A stretch of 64,000 nt of DNA from a virus: positions 1 through 64,000 of the IMG/VR virus record IMGVR_UViG_3300033148_003679; one strand, 5' to 3'. The notes under the pieces were generated by a model, which did no database searches, was not told the origin of the DNA, and was given only the letters and a program-made list of their open reading frames with translations. How positions within the stretch are numbered: the stretch's first letter is position 1; every line of letters begins with the position of its first letter. A program made the translations under genes and the position numbers. Below are positions 42,165 through 50,446 of the stretch, one piece after another.

Positions 42165-42770
42165 ATGTATCAATCTGTGAATGTAAAAATAAAGGGTGTG
42201 GCTCCAGTTATGTTTCACAACCCGCAACTTGCAAATCCTCTTAACTCGTTTACACAGGGAATCAAGAAAATCTCTGCAAAACGAAACAAGACAGAAGAAG
42301 ATTTTAAAGAGATGTCCAGACTGGAATTTTTGGGCGGTCTCTATGTAGACGACAAAGGTAAGGTAATCGTTCCGGCAGAAATGCTGGAAGCGTCTCTACT
42401 GTCTGGTGCCAAGAAGAAGAGACGTGGTGCTAAGTTTAAGGCGGCGGTTTTGGTGCCGGAATCAGCTCGTTTGATTTATGACGGGCCGAAAAATATCGAG
42501 AAGTTGGGACGGGACTCTCAGTTTGTCGATATTCGGAACGTTACAATTCAGCGTAATACAATTATGAGAACTCGACCTGTTTTTAAGACATGGCAAGCTG
42601 AGTTTATGATAATGTTTGATTCTACCCTAGTTAATAAGAACGAGGTGGAAGAAGCATTGAACGATGCTGGGCAGCAGTGCGGGATTGGAGATTATCGGCC
42701 AAGATACGGACGGTTTATGGTAGAAAGTTTCGATGTACTTGGCCCTGCAAACGAAGCTGTTACGGTATAG
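42165..42770 (+). CDS. Stand-alone Cas7/RAMP-like RNA-binding protein
   Basis: VKIKGVAPVMFHN (RAMP first strand), VIVPAEMLEASL (cf. IPGSSLKGAL) and the C-terminal Gly-rich loop GIGDYRPRYGRF. Confidence 0.75.
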   Translation: MYQSVNVKIKGVAPVMFHNPQLANPLNSFTQGIKKISAKRNKTEEDFKEMSRLEFLGGLYVDDKGKVIVPAEMLEASLLSGAKKKRRGAKFKAAVLVPESARLIYDGPKNIEKLGRDSQFVDIRNVTIQRNTIMRTRPVFKTWQAEFMIMFDSTLVNKNEVEEALNDAGQQCGIGDYRPRYGRFMVESFDVLGPANEAVTV

Positions 42771-42779
42771 TTAAACAAG

Positions 42780-42837
42780 TTTGCCTCTGCTCTATTGCGT
42801 GAAAGTTTATAGACAAGCGTAATAGGGCAGAGACAAA
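42780..42837 (+). other. 20-bp RNA hairpin between the Cas7-like gene and its partner
   Basis: TTTGCCTCTGCTCTATTGCG pairs with CGTAATAGGGCAGAGACAAA, with two G-U pairs and one mismatch. Confidence 0.7.
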
Positions 42838-42863
42838 TAAATATAATCACGAGGTAAATACAA

Positions 42864-43340
42864 ATGAGTAAGACGAAAGCTATAGTACAGAGTACTTATG
42901 AAGGTCTCGATTTTACAGAGTTACGAAAAGGTGACATTATTTCGGTAGCTGAACTGGAACGTCTGTTTGGCTTTTCCCGTTCTATGAACGCATATTCTCT
43001 TGCAACCATGCAACTCTGTAATGATATTTCGAGATATTTCAGAAGTATCGGTGAAATTGTAACTGTGTGTACAAGAGATTATGCGATTCATATTCTACGC
43101 GATTCTGAAGCTGCCGAGTATAATGCACTGAAGTTTAAACACGGAATTGACACGGCTGACAGAGCACATGAACGCGCTTTAGCCGTTGATATTGGCAACC
43201 TGAAACAGGAAGAGGTTTTAAGACATGACCGTAAGTTGTATATTCAAGGTCGTATATTACAGAGTATACGGGTAGCAAGAAAGAAAGCATGTCGTGTTGT
43301 AGCACATCATAAGGGTGAAGGGATGTTGGTGTTGGAATAG
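42864..43340 (+). CDS. Uncharacterised partner gene inside the pentamer locus
   Basis: 158 aa with a GAGGT RBS, enclosed by tracts. Confidence 0.7.
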   Translation: MSKTKAIVQSTYEGLDFTELRKGDIISVAELERLFGFSRSMNAYSLATMQLCNDISRYFRSIGEIVTVCTRDYAIHILRDSEAAEYNALKFKHGIDTADRAHERALAVDIGNLKQEEVLRHDRKLYIQGRILQSIRVARKKACRVVAHHKGEGMLVLE

Positions 43341-43354
43341 ACGTGGGTTTTGTT

Positions 43355-43539
43355 GAAGTCTAGTAATGCAGGATAAGGTAGGGTGGGGTGCGGTACGGTG
43401 TGGTGCGGTCCGGTCTGGTCTGGTGAGGTAAGGTCGAGTTGGGTCGGGTAGGGTATGGTGCGGTACGGTTTGGTATGGTGATGTTAGGTAGGGTCTGGTT
43501 AGATCGGGCCTGGTGATGTAAGGCAAGGTTGGGTAGGGA
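43355..43539 (+). repeat. NN-GGY pentamer tract 4
   Basis: About 37 in-phase units. Confidence 0.85.
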
Positions 43540-43608
43540 TAGTCTTTCTTTAAGTAAAGGAGTGCAAAATAAAGTGCAAACAAAAAGTGTTGTCGACTGT
43601 TGTGATAT

Positions 43609-43723
43609 AAGGTCAGATCAGGTGAGATCGGATGAGGTCGGGTGATGTCGGGTGATGTCGGGTTGAGTGAGGTCGGGTATGGTCTGGTTCGGTGCGGTCA
43701 GATCTGGTGAGGTATGGTAGGGT
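43609..43723 (+). repeat. NN-GGY pentamer tract 5
   Basis: 23 in-phase units. Confidence 0.85.
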
Positions 43724-43791
43724 TACTCTTTTTCTAGTAAAGGAGTGCAAGTGAAAAGAGTGTAAAAAACATAATTGCAATGAGATTCAAT

Positions 43792-43926
43792 ATGGTGAGG
43801 TGAGGTTTGGTATGGTGAGGTGAGGTCTGGTGAGGTCGGGTGAGGTATGGCTTGGTGGAGTCGGGTCTGGTCGGGTGTGGTGGGGTGGGGTTAGGTAGGG
43901 TATGGTGCGGTTAGGTTCGGTAGGGT
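43792..43926 (+). repeat. NN-GGY pentamer tract 6
   Basis: 27 in-phase units. Confidence 0.85.
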
Positions 43927-43989
43927 TTTTTCCATAAAGGAGTGTAGAATAAAATGCAAACAAAAAGTGTTGTCGATTGTTATTGATAT

Positions 43990-44069
43990 GAGGTCGGATG
44001 GGATTGGGCGCGGTGCGGTCGGGTCGGGTAGGGTTTGGTGGGGTGGGGTGAGGTTTGGTCGGGTAGGGT
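43990..44069 (+). repeat. NN-GGY pentamer tract 7
   Basis: 16 in-phase units. Confidence 0.85.
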
Positions 44070-44128
44070 TTCTCTCTCACATAAACGAATACAAACAAAG
44101 GAGCGAGCAAGTAAGGGAACACAACGTC

Positions 44129-44653
44129 ATGGACAATCACTCGGAAATCAAAGAAGGGTACAAAGTGTGCAGAGTTGTCGATGGCAACAAACTGGTCTCG
44201 GCCACATTTTGTGCTGCGGGTGGACAAGTCAGTTACCATGTTGATACATGGACGTATCCGTTAGTTGGTTGTGGGCCATTAACTGTATTTGATTCATGGG
44301 ACAATGCCAAGAACTTTCAGGAACGAGTACCGAAAAATATCGAACGGATTTATAATGTGTCGATGGTGGTGAAAGGATTTTCGTTTCTTGTTATTAGAAG
44401 ATGTTCATATATACTGTCGCTCGAAAATAAAATATGGATTCAGAGTATGTTGTTTCATTATGATCAGTTATATAATAGAGATATATATACACGGGAAGTT
44501 CTTGTAAACGACTTGCCGCCTAGCACTGTACTTGACAATCAGTTATATAATAGAGATATATATATACGGGAAGTTCTTGCAAATGATTTACCGCATGGTA
44601 CTATACTTGCTGACAGAGTTAAGTTGCACAGATTAGATAAAAGGGAAGTGTGA
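44129..44653 (+). CDS. Hypothetical protein, paralog A
   Basis: EGYKVC...CGPLTVFD...NDLPHGTILA. Start moved past tract 7. Confidence 0.6.
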   Translation: MDNHSEIKEGYKVCRVVDGNKLVSATFCAAGGQVSYHVDTWTYPLVGCGPLTVFDSWDNAKNFQERVPKNIERIYNVSMVVKGFSFLVIRRCSYILSLENKIWIQSMLFHYDQLYNRDIYTREVLVNDLPPSTVLDNQLYNRDIYIREVLANDLPHGTILADRVKLHRLDKREV

Positions 44654-45159
44654 TGGACAGTAGCATAAGAGATAAAGAAATTAAAAAATGTTGTGAAGGG
44701 TTTAAAGTATGTACAATTACAACGGATAATCTTCTGATTTCAGTTGCACCTTATAGCTTGTACGCTCTTTCACCTCGTTTGGAAGAAGTTACATATCCGC
44801 TTGGTGCATGGGCATATCCACCACCTAATTGCGGCCCTCTAACCGTATTTGACACGTTTAATAATGCTGAAAGTTTCCAGACAGAAATACAGAAAGTTAT
44901 AGAAGAACTCAAGGAACTTTTGAGTGACCGTAATTATTCAGGTACGGTTATTGGCCGTTGTTTTTATATGCCATCACAAGAATCTTGTATATGGTTTCCG
45001 TGTATACCAGGTTTCCGTCCAGTTCGGGGTGGAGGTGTTCGTCTTGGCAAACCGGGCAATTATATAACTGCAAAAAATGATTTACCTCAAGGAACTATTC
45101 TTGCCAGTTCTGTTAAAGTGTACAGCTTAATAGGTTCTGATTATGACGAAAAAAAATAA
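44650..45159 (+). CDS. Hypothetical protein, paralog B
   Basis: EGFKVC...CGPLTVFD...NDLPQGTILA. Confidence 0.6.
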   Translation: MMDSSIRDKEIKKCCEGFKVCTITTDNLLISVAPYSLYALSPRLEEVTYPLGAWAYPPPNCGPLTVFDTFNNAESFQTEIQKVIEELKELLSDRNYSGTVIGRCFYMPSQESCIWFPCIPGFRPVRGGGVRLGKPGNYITAKNDLPQGTILASSVKVYSLIGSDYDEKK

Positions 45160-45171
45160 ACCGCGCTCAAC

Positions 45172-45201
45172 TTGACAAACCGTTCTTGTTTATGGTATAA
45201 T
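45172..45201 (+). promoter_or_regulatory. Sigma70 promoter
   Basis: TTGACA-18-TATAAT. Confidence 0.75.
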
Positions 45202-45442
45202 AGATGTAGTGTTAAGGAAGCAACTGAGTGCCATGTACTTGGCTAAAACAAGTACGGAACGGAAGGGTATGCGGCAAGTGTGTTGATGGACACTGGTAAA
45301 AAGATTTCGAGAAGAGAGAATGTTAGCTCAGTGATAAGAACCGGTATACGTACAATTAAGATATAATCTGGTATGAGCTATAGATTATTTATGCCGCATA
45401 CCCTTCTATACGTATAGGTGGCACACAGGTAGGGGTAATATA

Positions 45443-46027
45443 ATGAAAAGAAGCCGTCGAGATAAACGGAAACCGGCTGATAGAAAACCTGCACAGAAAA
45501 GGCGGGCTCAAAATCGTAAACGTGCAAAAACCGATCCGTATGGTGTAACCCGTCGTCTAATATATCTCGATCATATAAGTTGGGTACAGGCTGAACGGAT
45601 GGCATATGCAGCGCAACAGTACCTTACGTCACAGTATAGTACAAGTGTTCGGAACATTAGTGCAAGTGCTGTTGTACGTATGGCGTTAGACTTTCTCTTG
45701 GTTACGTATAATGGTGCAACTGATGTAGAGAAAGCCAAGATGTTGAACAAGTTGGGTGAACGAAGGCGAAATTCTAAATCTGTAGATGGAGAAAAAAGCA
45801 GGATGGGTAAAGAACGTTCGACCGAGATAAAGACAGAGAAAATAGATGTGCCAAGAAAAGACGATATAGACCGTGCGATTGAAATAAGCAGAAAAAGGGG
45901 GTTTATGCAAGAAGCTAAAAAAGAGATTAGACGTGACGGAGTAAGGATTAGTCGGCCTATTTCGCCGAATGAAAGCCATAAACGGAAATTTCCGGATTCG
46001 TTTATAAGACAGAAAGATGCAGATTGA
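45443..46027 (+). CDS. Basic protein, possibly a ribbon-helix-helix regulator
   Basis: ISASAVVRMALDFLL; very basic. Confidence 0.4.
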   Translation: MKRSRRDKRKPADRKPAQKRRAQNRKRAKTDPYGVTRRLIYLDHISWVQAERMAYAAQQYLTSQYSTSVRNISASAVVRMALDFLLVTYNGATDVEKAKMLNKLGERRRNSKSVDGEKSRMGKERSTEIKTEKIDVPRKDDIDRAIEISRKRGFMQEAKKEIRRDGVRISRPISPNESHKRKFPDSFIRQKDAD

Positions 46028-46076
46028 CAAACGATACTCTAATATGTTATAATAGATCGTGCGTAGGTAGTACACA
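46024..46076 (+). promoter_or_regulatory. Promoter plus conserved leader element
   Basis: TTGACA-18-TATAAT-AGATCGTGCGTAGGTAGTACAC. Confidence 0.7.
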
Positions 46077-46280
46077 GAAGATGTAAATGGTATACAGGAA
46101 CAGAGAATCGTCGCAAACTATTTCTTCTCATCTTCTAATACAAGTCGTCTCGATGCGGGTTAGCGGTTTTGCTCCTTTCCCGCTTGGGAAATGTTTTGTC
46201 CTCCCTTCATTTCCCATATAGCTGCATTTTGACGGCAAGGCGATTCTCTGTTCTGCTACACTATCATAAAAGAGAGGTAA

Positions 46281-47285
46281 ATGTTCGACATGGAATGTCC
46301 GTATAAAATACCTAGTACAACGAGTTTTTGTCATCATCATATACCAGACGACTCATTTCGGGACGCGCCCGGATTCTGTGCTGCCGGCCATCATTTTTTG
46401 TGTGAAGAAAGAGTTGCGAGTTGTACGTTGGTAATGAGCCAGTCACAAGTTAAAACGTATTATGAATGTAAAATGAAGTATTGGCTTCGGTACATATACG
46501 GGATCAGACGTAAAAAGAGTACACTTTCACCTGCTATAAAGATGGGCGCAATTTGGGACAAGTTTGTAGCGAGCAAATATAATGATATTGAGCTGAACCT
46601 TGAATCGTTATTGAAAGAGTATGCAGTAAAAGATGTTGATAGAGCTAAACTATGTGCGTTAATGGACGCATGGGATTCGTTGGAAATCAAGTTGAAACTT
46701 AACGGGTTCCTGTCATGTCAGGCAGAAGTAGCGCAACGGTTTGACCAGACAGATGGCCGACAGTTAATTGTACGCGGATATGTGGACAGACTTTATGATA
46801 CATGGTTTGCAGAAACTAAACTTACAAAAGATCCGAACAGATATGATAATATATGGGATTTACACAGTCAGATCGGTACATACTTTTTGTTAATGCCGAA
46901 CATTAACGAATGTGTTATGGAGATTACACGGACTCCGCAATTAAAACAAGGTAAACGGGAGACTATAGACGATTATTATAGAAGGATATTCGGAGATATT
47001 ATTGCACGTCCTGGCTTTTATTTTATAGGGTGGGACGCTAACACCCGACAGTTTGGCCGACCGCCATATTATCGGAACGAGATGCGGTTGGAAACGGTTA
47101 AAAACAGGTATAGATGGATAACGCAGGAGATTGCTGAAAGAACAGAACGGGGTACATGGTATTGTGAACAGGGCTATATATGTTCCCCTTATTATAGAGA
47201 TTGTGACTATAAACCTGTATGCGTAATCGGCGGTGTAGGCCATGGAGTAAACGAAGTGTTGTACGAGAGACAGAAAAGGAGATGA
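46281..47285 (+). CDS. PD-(D/E)XK exonuclease (RecB/Cas4-like)
   Basis: MSQSQVKTYYECKMKYWLRY, RGYVDRL...AETKLT, and C-terminal C...CDYKPVC. Confidence 0.8.
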   Translation: MFDMECPYKIPSTTSFCHHHIPDDSFRDAPGFCAAGHHFLCEERVASCTLVMSQSQVKTYYECKMKYWLRYIYGIRRKKSTLSPAIKMGAIWDKFVASKYNDIELNLESLLKEYAVKDVDRAKLCALMDAWDSLEIKLKLNGFLSCQAEVAQRFDQTDGRQLIVRGYVDRLYDTWFAETKLTKDPNRYDNIWDLHSQIGTYFLLMPNINECVMEITRTPQLKQGKRETIDDYYRRIFGDIIARPGFYFIGWDANTRQFGRPPYYRNEMRLETVKNRYRWITQEIAERTERGTWYCEQGYICSPYYRDCDYKPVCVIGGVGHGVNEVLYERQKRR

Positions 47286-47488
47286 TAAGAGTGTTTGGAA
47301 TTGGCGTGACAGAACTGTTAATTATTCTTGGTATAATGATTCTAATTTTTGGAGGCAAAAAAATTGCAGGGCTAGGTAAAGGTGTCGGTGAATGTATAAA
47401 AGAGTTTCGGCACGCATTTAAAGATGCAGATGAAGTTACAGTAGAAATTGCAAAGGAAGTTGAACAATGCAGAAAGAAAAAGAGGTAA
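47282..47488 (+). CDS. tatA: TatA/E family twin-arginine translocase subunit
   Basis: FGIGVTELLIILGIMILIFGGKKIAGLGKGVGECIKEFR. Confidence 0.85.
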   Translation: MIRVFGIGVTELLIILGIMILIFGGKKIAGLGKGVGECIKEFRHAFKDADEVTVEIAKEVEQCRKKKR

Positions 47489-47883
47489 GTAGGCGTGGAT
47501 TTTTAGGTGTTGCTGGTAAACTAGCTGGTGCTACGGTTGCTATTAGTACAATTACTAGACCAACCGAAGCTCACGTGAAAGAGTTGGCCGAACACGGATC
47601 GTTAAAAAGTAAAGTTCCGTTAATTGGTACAACGGCAGAAATTGATTTTGTTTCAGAAGATTCGATGATATTAAAACCAACAGATTTTAATGTTGACAGC
47701 TCTGTCCCTATGTGGGATTTATCAAAAGAATCAGTTGTTTTGTTGTTGCCAGATGGCACTACTTTTGATGCCAAACTTCTATGGCATAAATACGTACTCC
47801 CTATAGAAACAAATAAAAGGTTCAACATTTTTAATTTAAGCCTAACATTAAGCGTGTCTGACAAAAGGTATCGAAAAGGTTAG
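47467..47883 (+). CDS. Protein with a twin-arginine signal peptide
   Basis: VSRRGFLGVAGKLAGATVA...TEA. Confidence 0.65.
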   Translation: MQKEKEVSRRGFLGVAGKLAGATVAISTITRPTEAHVKELAEHGSLKSKVPLIGTTAEIDFVSEDSMILKPTDFNVDSSVPMWDLSKESVVLLLPDGTTFDAKLLWHKYVLPIETNKRFNIFNLSLTLSVSDKRYRKG

Positions 47884-48202
47884 AAATAAACGAAGTGTTG
47901 TACGAGAGAAGTGGGACAAAAAAACATGATTGATGAAACAACTCCTGAAATTTATTCTCCGTTTCTGATTAGGTTCTCTAAAGGAGAATCGATAAAGTAT
48001 CCGCGTTCTAACGTTAAAGGGCACAGGTACTTCGCAACTATTGTTACGACCGTAACTGGTGAAGTGTTGTTAAAAGTAAGTATAGAAACCTTTTTGTATC
48101 TGCCAATAGCTTTGTACCGAAACTGGACAAGTATAGAGATGAGCGAGGAAGAAGTTCAGAAACTGTAAAAAGTGTACATAAATCACAAGGAGATATAAAC
48201 CA

Positions 48203-49021
48203 ATGGAATTCATTTCTGGCGTAGACATACAAGAGTCAACTGGTTTGTTCGCGTTCATATACGGTGGTACAGGGGTTGGTAAATCCACTTCATTGATCCA
48301 ATCGTTACCAGACCCGATCCTCTATATCATGACCGAACCACGTGACCCGGCAGCGTTCCAGGCGGCAGCTAACAGACCGGGCGTAGAGATATATTATGGC
48401 CAATACGAAAACTGGTACGATTTAATAAATCTTACTGCAAACCCATCGAATTTTGACGGGTATAATTCCGTTGTAGTAGATTCTATTACGTATCTAATGA
48501 AAGTGCGGCTTACAGGCGAGATAACTAACGAGAGTTATGAAGCGTTGCCGGCAGACAAAAAGTCGCGCCGTTCTCTTGTAACACAGACTCGTATGGCTCT
48601 TGACGATTGGGGCGGTATGGCAAATCAGATGTTCCGGTTGTTTGAAGACTTGGGCACTCTGTCAACTACAGGTAAATGCGTTGTAGTTACGGCTTTACTT
48701 ACATCACATCCTAAATGGTCGCCACAACACGAATATGCACCTGCTCTTGCCGGAAACCAGTTTAGTGAAGGTATGCCGAGTGGTGTAGACCTGATCGGTT
48801 GGGTTCGGGACTCTAATGTGGTTGACCGGAATACAGGACAGAATACAGGTGAAATTACATGGCCGCCTATAGTAGATTTCAGGTCTAACGCAACTCATAT
48901 CGGTAAATGGACTGGTATACGGCCACAAACCGGTGTGATATTTTACTTGAACATGAAAGATATTATAGAGGCTAAAGGGTGCGAGTTTAAAAGTGCAACA
49001 GAAATAGGCCGACCGTTATAG
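48203..49021 (+). CDS. AAA_24 / Sak4-like ATPase (recombinase)
   Basis: IYGGTGVGKST, VVVDSIT and VDLIG. Confidence 0.8.
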   Translation: MEFISGVDIQESTGLFAFIYGGTGVGKSTSLIQSLPDPILYIMTEPRDPAAFQAAANRPGVEIYYGQYENWYDLINLTANPSNFDGYNSVVVDSITYLMKVRLTGEITNESYEALPADKKSRRSLVTQTRMALDDWGGMANQMFRLFEDLGTLSTTGKCVVVTALLTSHPKWSPQHEYAPALAGNQFSEGMPSGVDLIGWVRDSNVVDRNTGQNTGEITWPPIVDFRSNATHIGKWTGIRPQTGVIFYLNMKDIIEAKGCEFKSATEIGRPL

Positions 49022-49653
49022 TGGTGGCTTTCAGGAATTTTACGCTAATGATGTTTAGAAAGGAATGAATCTACATGAGACTTGAAGATGTATACATGCC
49101 GTTTGGAGATGAAACCGTATGGGGTGGGGCGTGGCAGTATTATATAGTACAAGTATGCGACGAAGAGGGATGCTGTTTCTTAACGCCAGAAGGAAAGAGA
49201 CAACGAGATCCATGTCTTATGGGAAAGAAAGTGGCAGAAGATTGCGAAGTTATATATAGAGATGAGATGGATAATCATGGACTTCATCTTAAAGTGCTGC
49301 CAGCCATTATTAGGGTTGGATATACTGTTGCAGAGAGACAGCGAGATCACTTTCAACTGGAATCCTATAATAAGCTAATACGTATATTGAAAGAGGCATT
49401 GGAGATACCAAGAGATAAATAAATTTCTCCATCTTAAAGACAACGATATGTGACGGTATAGTAATAGTAGCAGGCAACCGAGTACGAGTACGAGTACGAG
49501 TACGAGAAAGGATGGTGATTAAAATGCGGTGAAACTAAACACCTTCGTATGCTACTGTCTGGTATACGAAGTCAGGTTCTGGAACCTGAAACAACTTCGC
49601 GAAGGGTGAAAGTAACAGAAACATTTTATACAAGAAGAAAGGTAGATCTACAA

Positions 49654-50247
49654 ATGGGTATAGCAGATTTTGCAAACACCGAGTATACTGCACCGCCATT
49701 GCCAGACGGCGAATATATATGGCAGTTTGAAGCACCTATAGAATTGCAGAGCGGTGAAAGTGACGATGGACGACAATATCAGTATGTTGTTCTGAACGGT
49801 AGAATTATTGGTGGTGAACATGATGGCCGTCAGTTTACTCACAAGATCTTTACGACCAGTGATTATCCTAGCAGGAACCCGGCAGCAGATTTCTTCGGAT
49901 TTCTGGTATCAGCTGGTATGGCTCCGCAACTAGATATAGCCGGGGTAACACTTGAAACGGCGTTTCATCCCAACACAATGCTTATTGTATCGTCACAGTT
50001 GCCGGGACGAACCGTAAAAATCTCTGTGGCTCAGAAGACCAGTTCTCGTGGTACATTTCCGCGAATTATTAAAGTTGCACCGAATGTAGCTGGCGCGGCT
50101 ACGGCACCACTAGCAGGTCAACCGGTACCGCAAGTACCAGGTGCTGCTTCTGTACCGCCGTCTCCGGCTGGTAATGTACCGCCTCCTGTACCAAACGTGT
50201 CGTCAACACCGAATATACCACGTGTACCACCGGCACCAGTAGGTTGA
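49654..50247 (+). CDS. DUF669-like ssDNA-binding protein
   Basis: PLPDGEY, GEHDGR and a Pro-rich tail. Follows the Sak4-like and exonuclease genes. Confidence 0.6.
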   Translation: MGIADFANTEYTAPPLPDGEYIWQFEAPIELQSGESDDGRQYQYVVLNGRIIGGEHDGRQFTHKIFTTSDYPSRNPAADFFGFLVSAGMAPQLDIAGVTLETAFHPNTMLIVSSQLPGRTVKISVAQKTSSRGTFPRIIKVAPNVAGAATAPLAGQPVPQVPGAASVPPSPAGNVPPPVPNVSSTPNIPRVPPAPVG

Positions 50248-50446
50248 TAACGTAGATGGTACACAGGGGGTAGAAGTTAGAAGATAGTATAACAGGTTAA
50301 AAGGTTATGGGCGGTATAGAAATTCCAGCAAACAAATTAGGTAGTATATAGAAACCACGAATACAGAACATGCTAAACCCCAACTCGTTATAACAGTAAC
50401 CGGAATAGTATATGCCGCCCATACAAAAAAACTGGGCAATCATAAT

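Noticed and set aside
41536-44069. Canonical CRISPR array, simple microsatellite or G-quadruplex-only explanation
   Set aside because: There are no 25-45-nt repeats with spacers. Free NN variation in strict phase, conserved tails and the adjacent RAMP-like gene argue against slippage. G4 formation is possible but does not explain the grammar.
41361-44244. ORF-track entries overlapping the pentamer tracts (41361-41708, 41845-42165, 43257-43583, 43787-44239, 44035-44244 and the N-terminus of 43967-44653)
   Set aside because: Their Pro/His/Thr or Gly/Arg/Val repeats are by-products of the 5-nt periodicity, and no convincing RBS was seen.
46281-47285. Cas4 as an adaptation gene of the pentamer system
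   Set aside because: It sits under its own promoter in an ordinary exonuclease / Sak4-like / SSB recombination module, with no evidence of linkage.
49478-49507. (CGAGTA)n short tandem repeat
   Set aside because: Only four to five perfect copies, consistent with slippage. It does not match the tract 5 gapped pattern.
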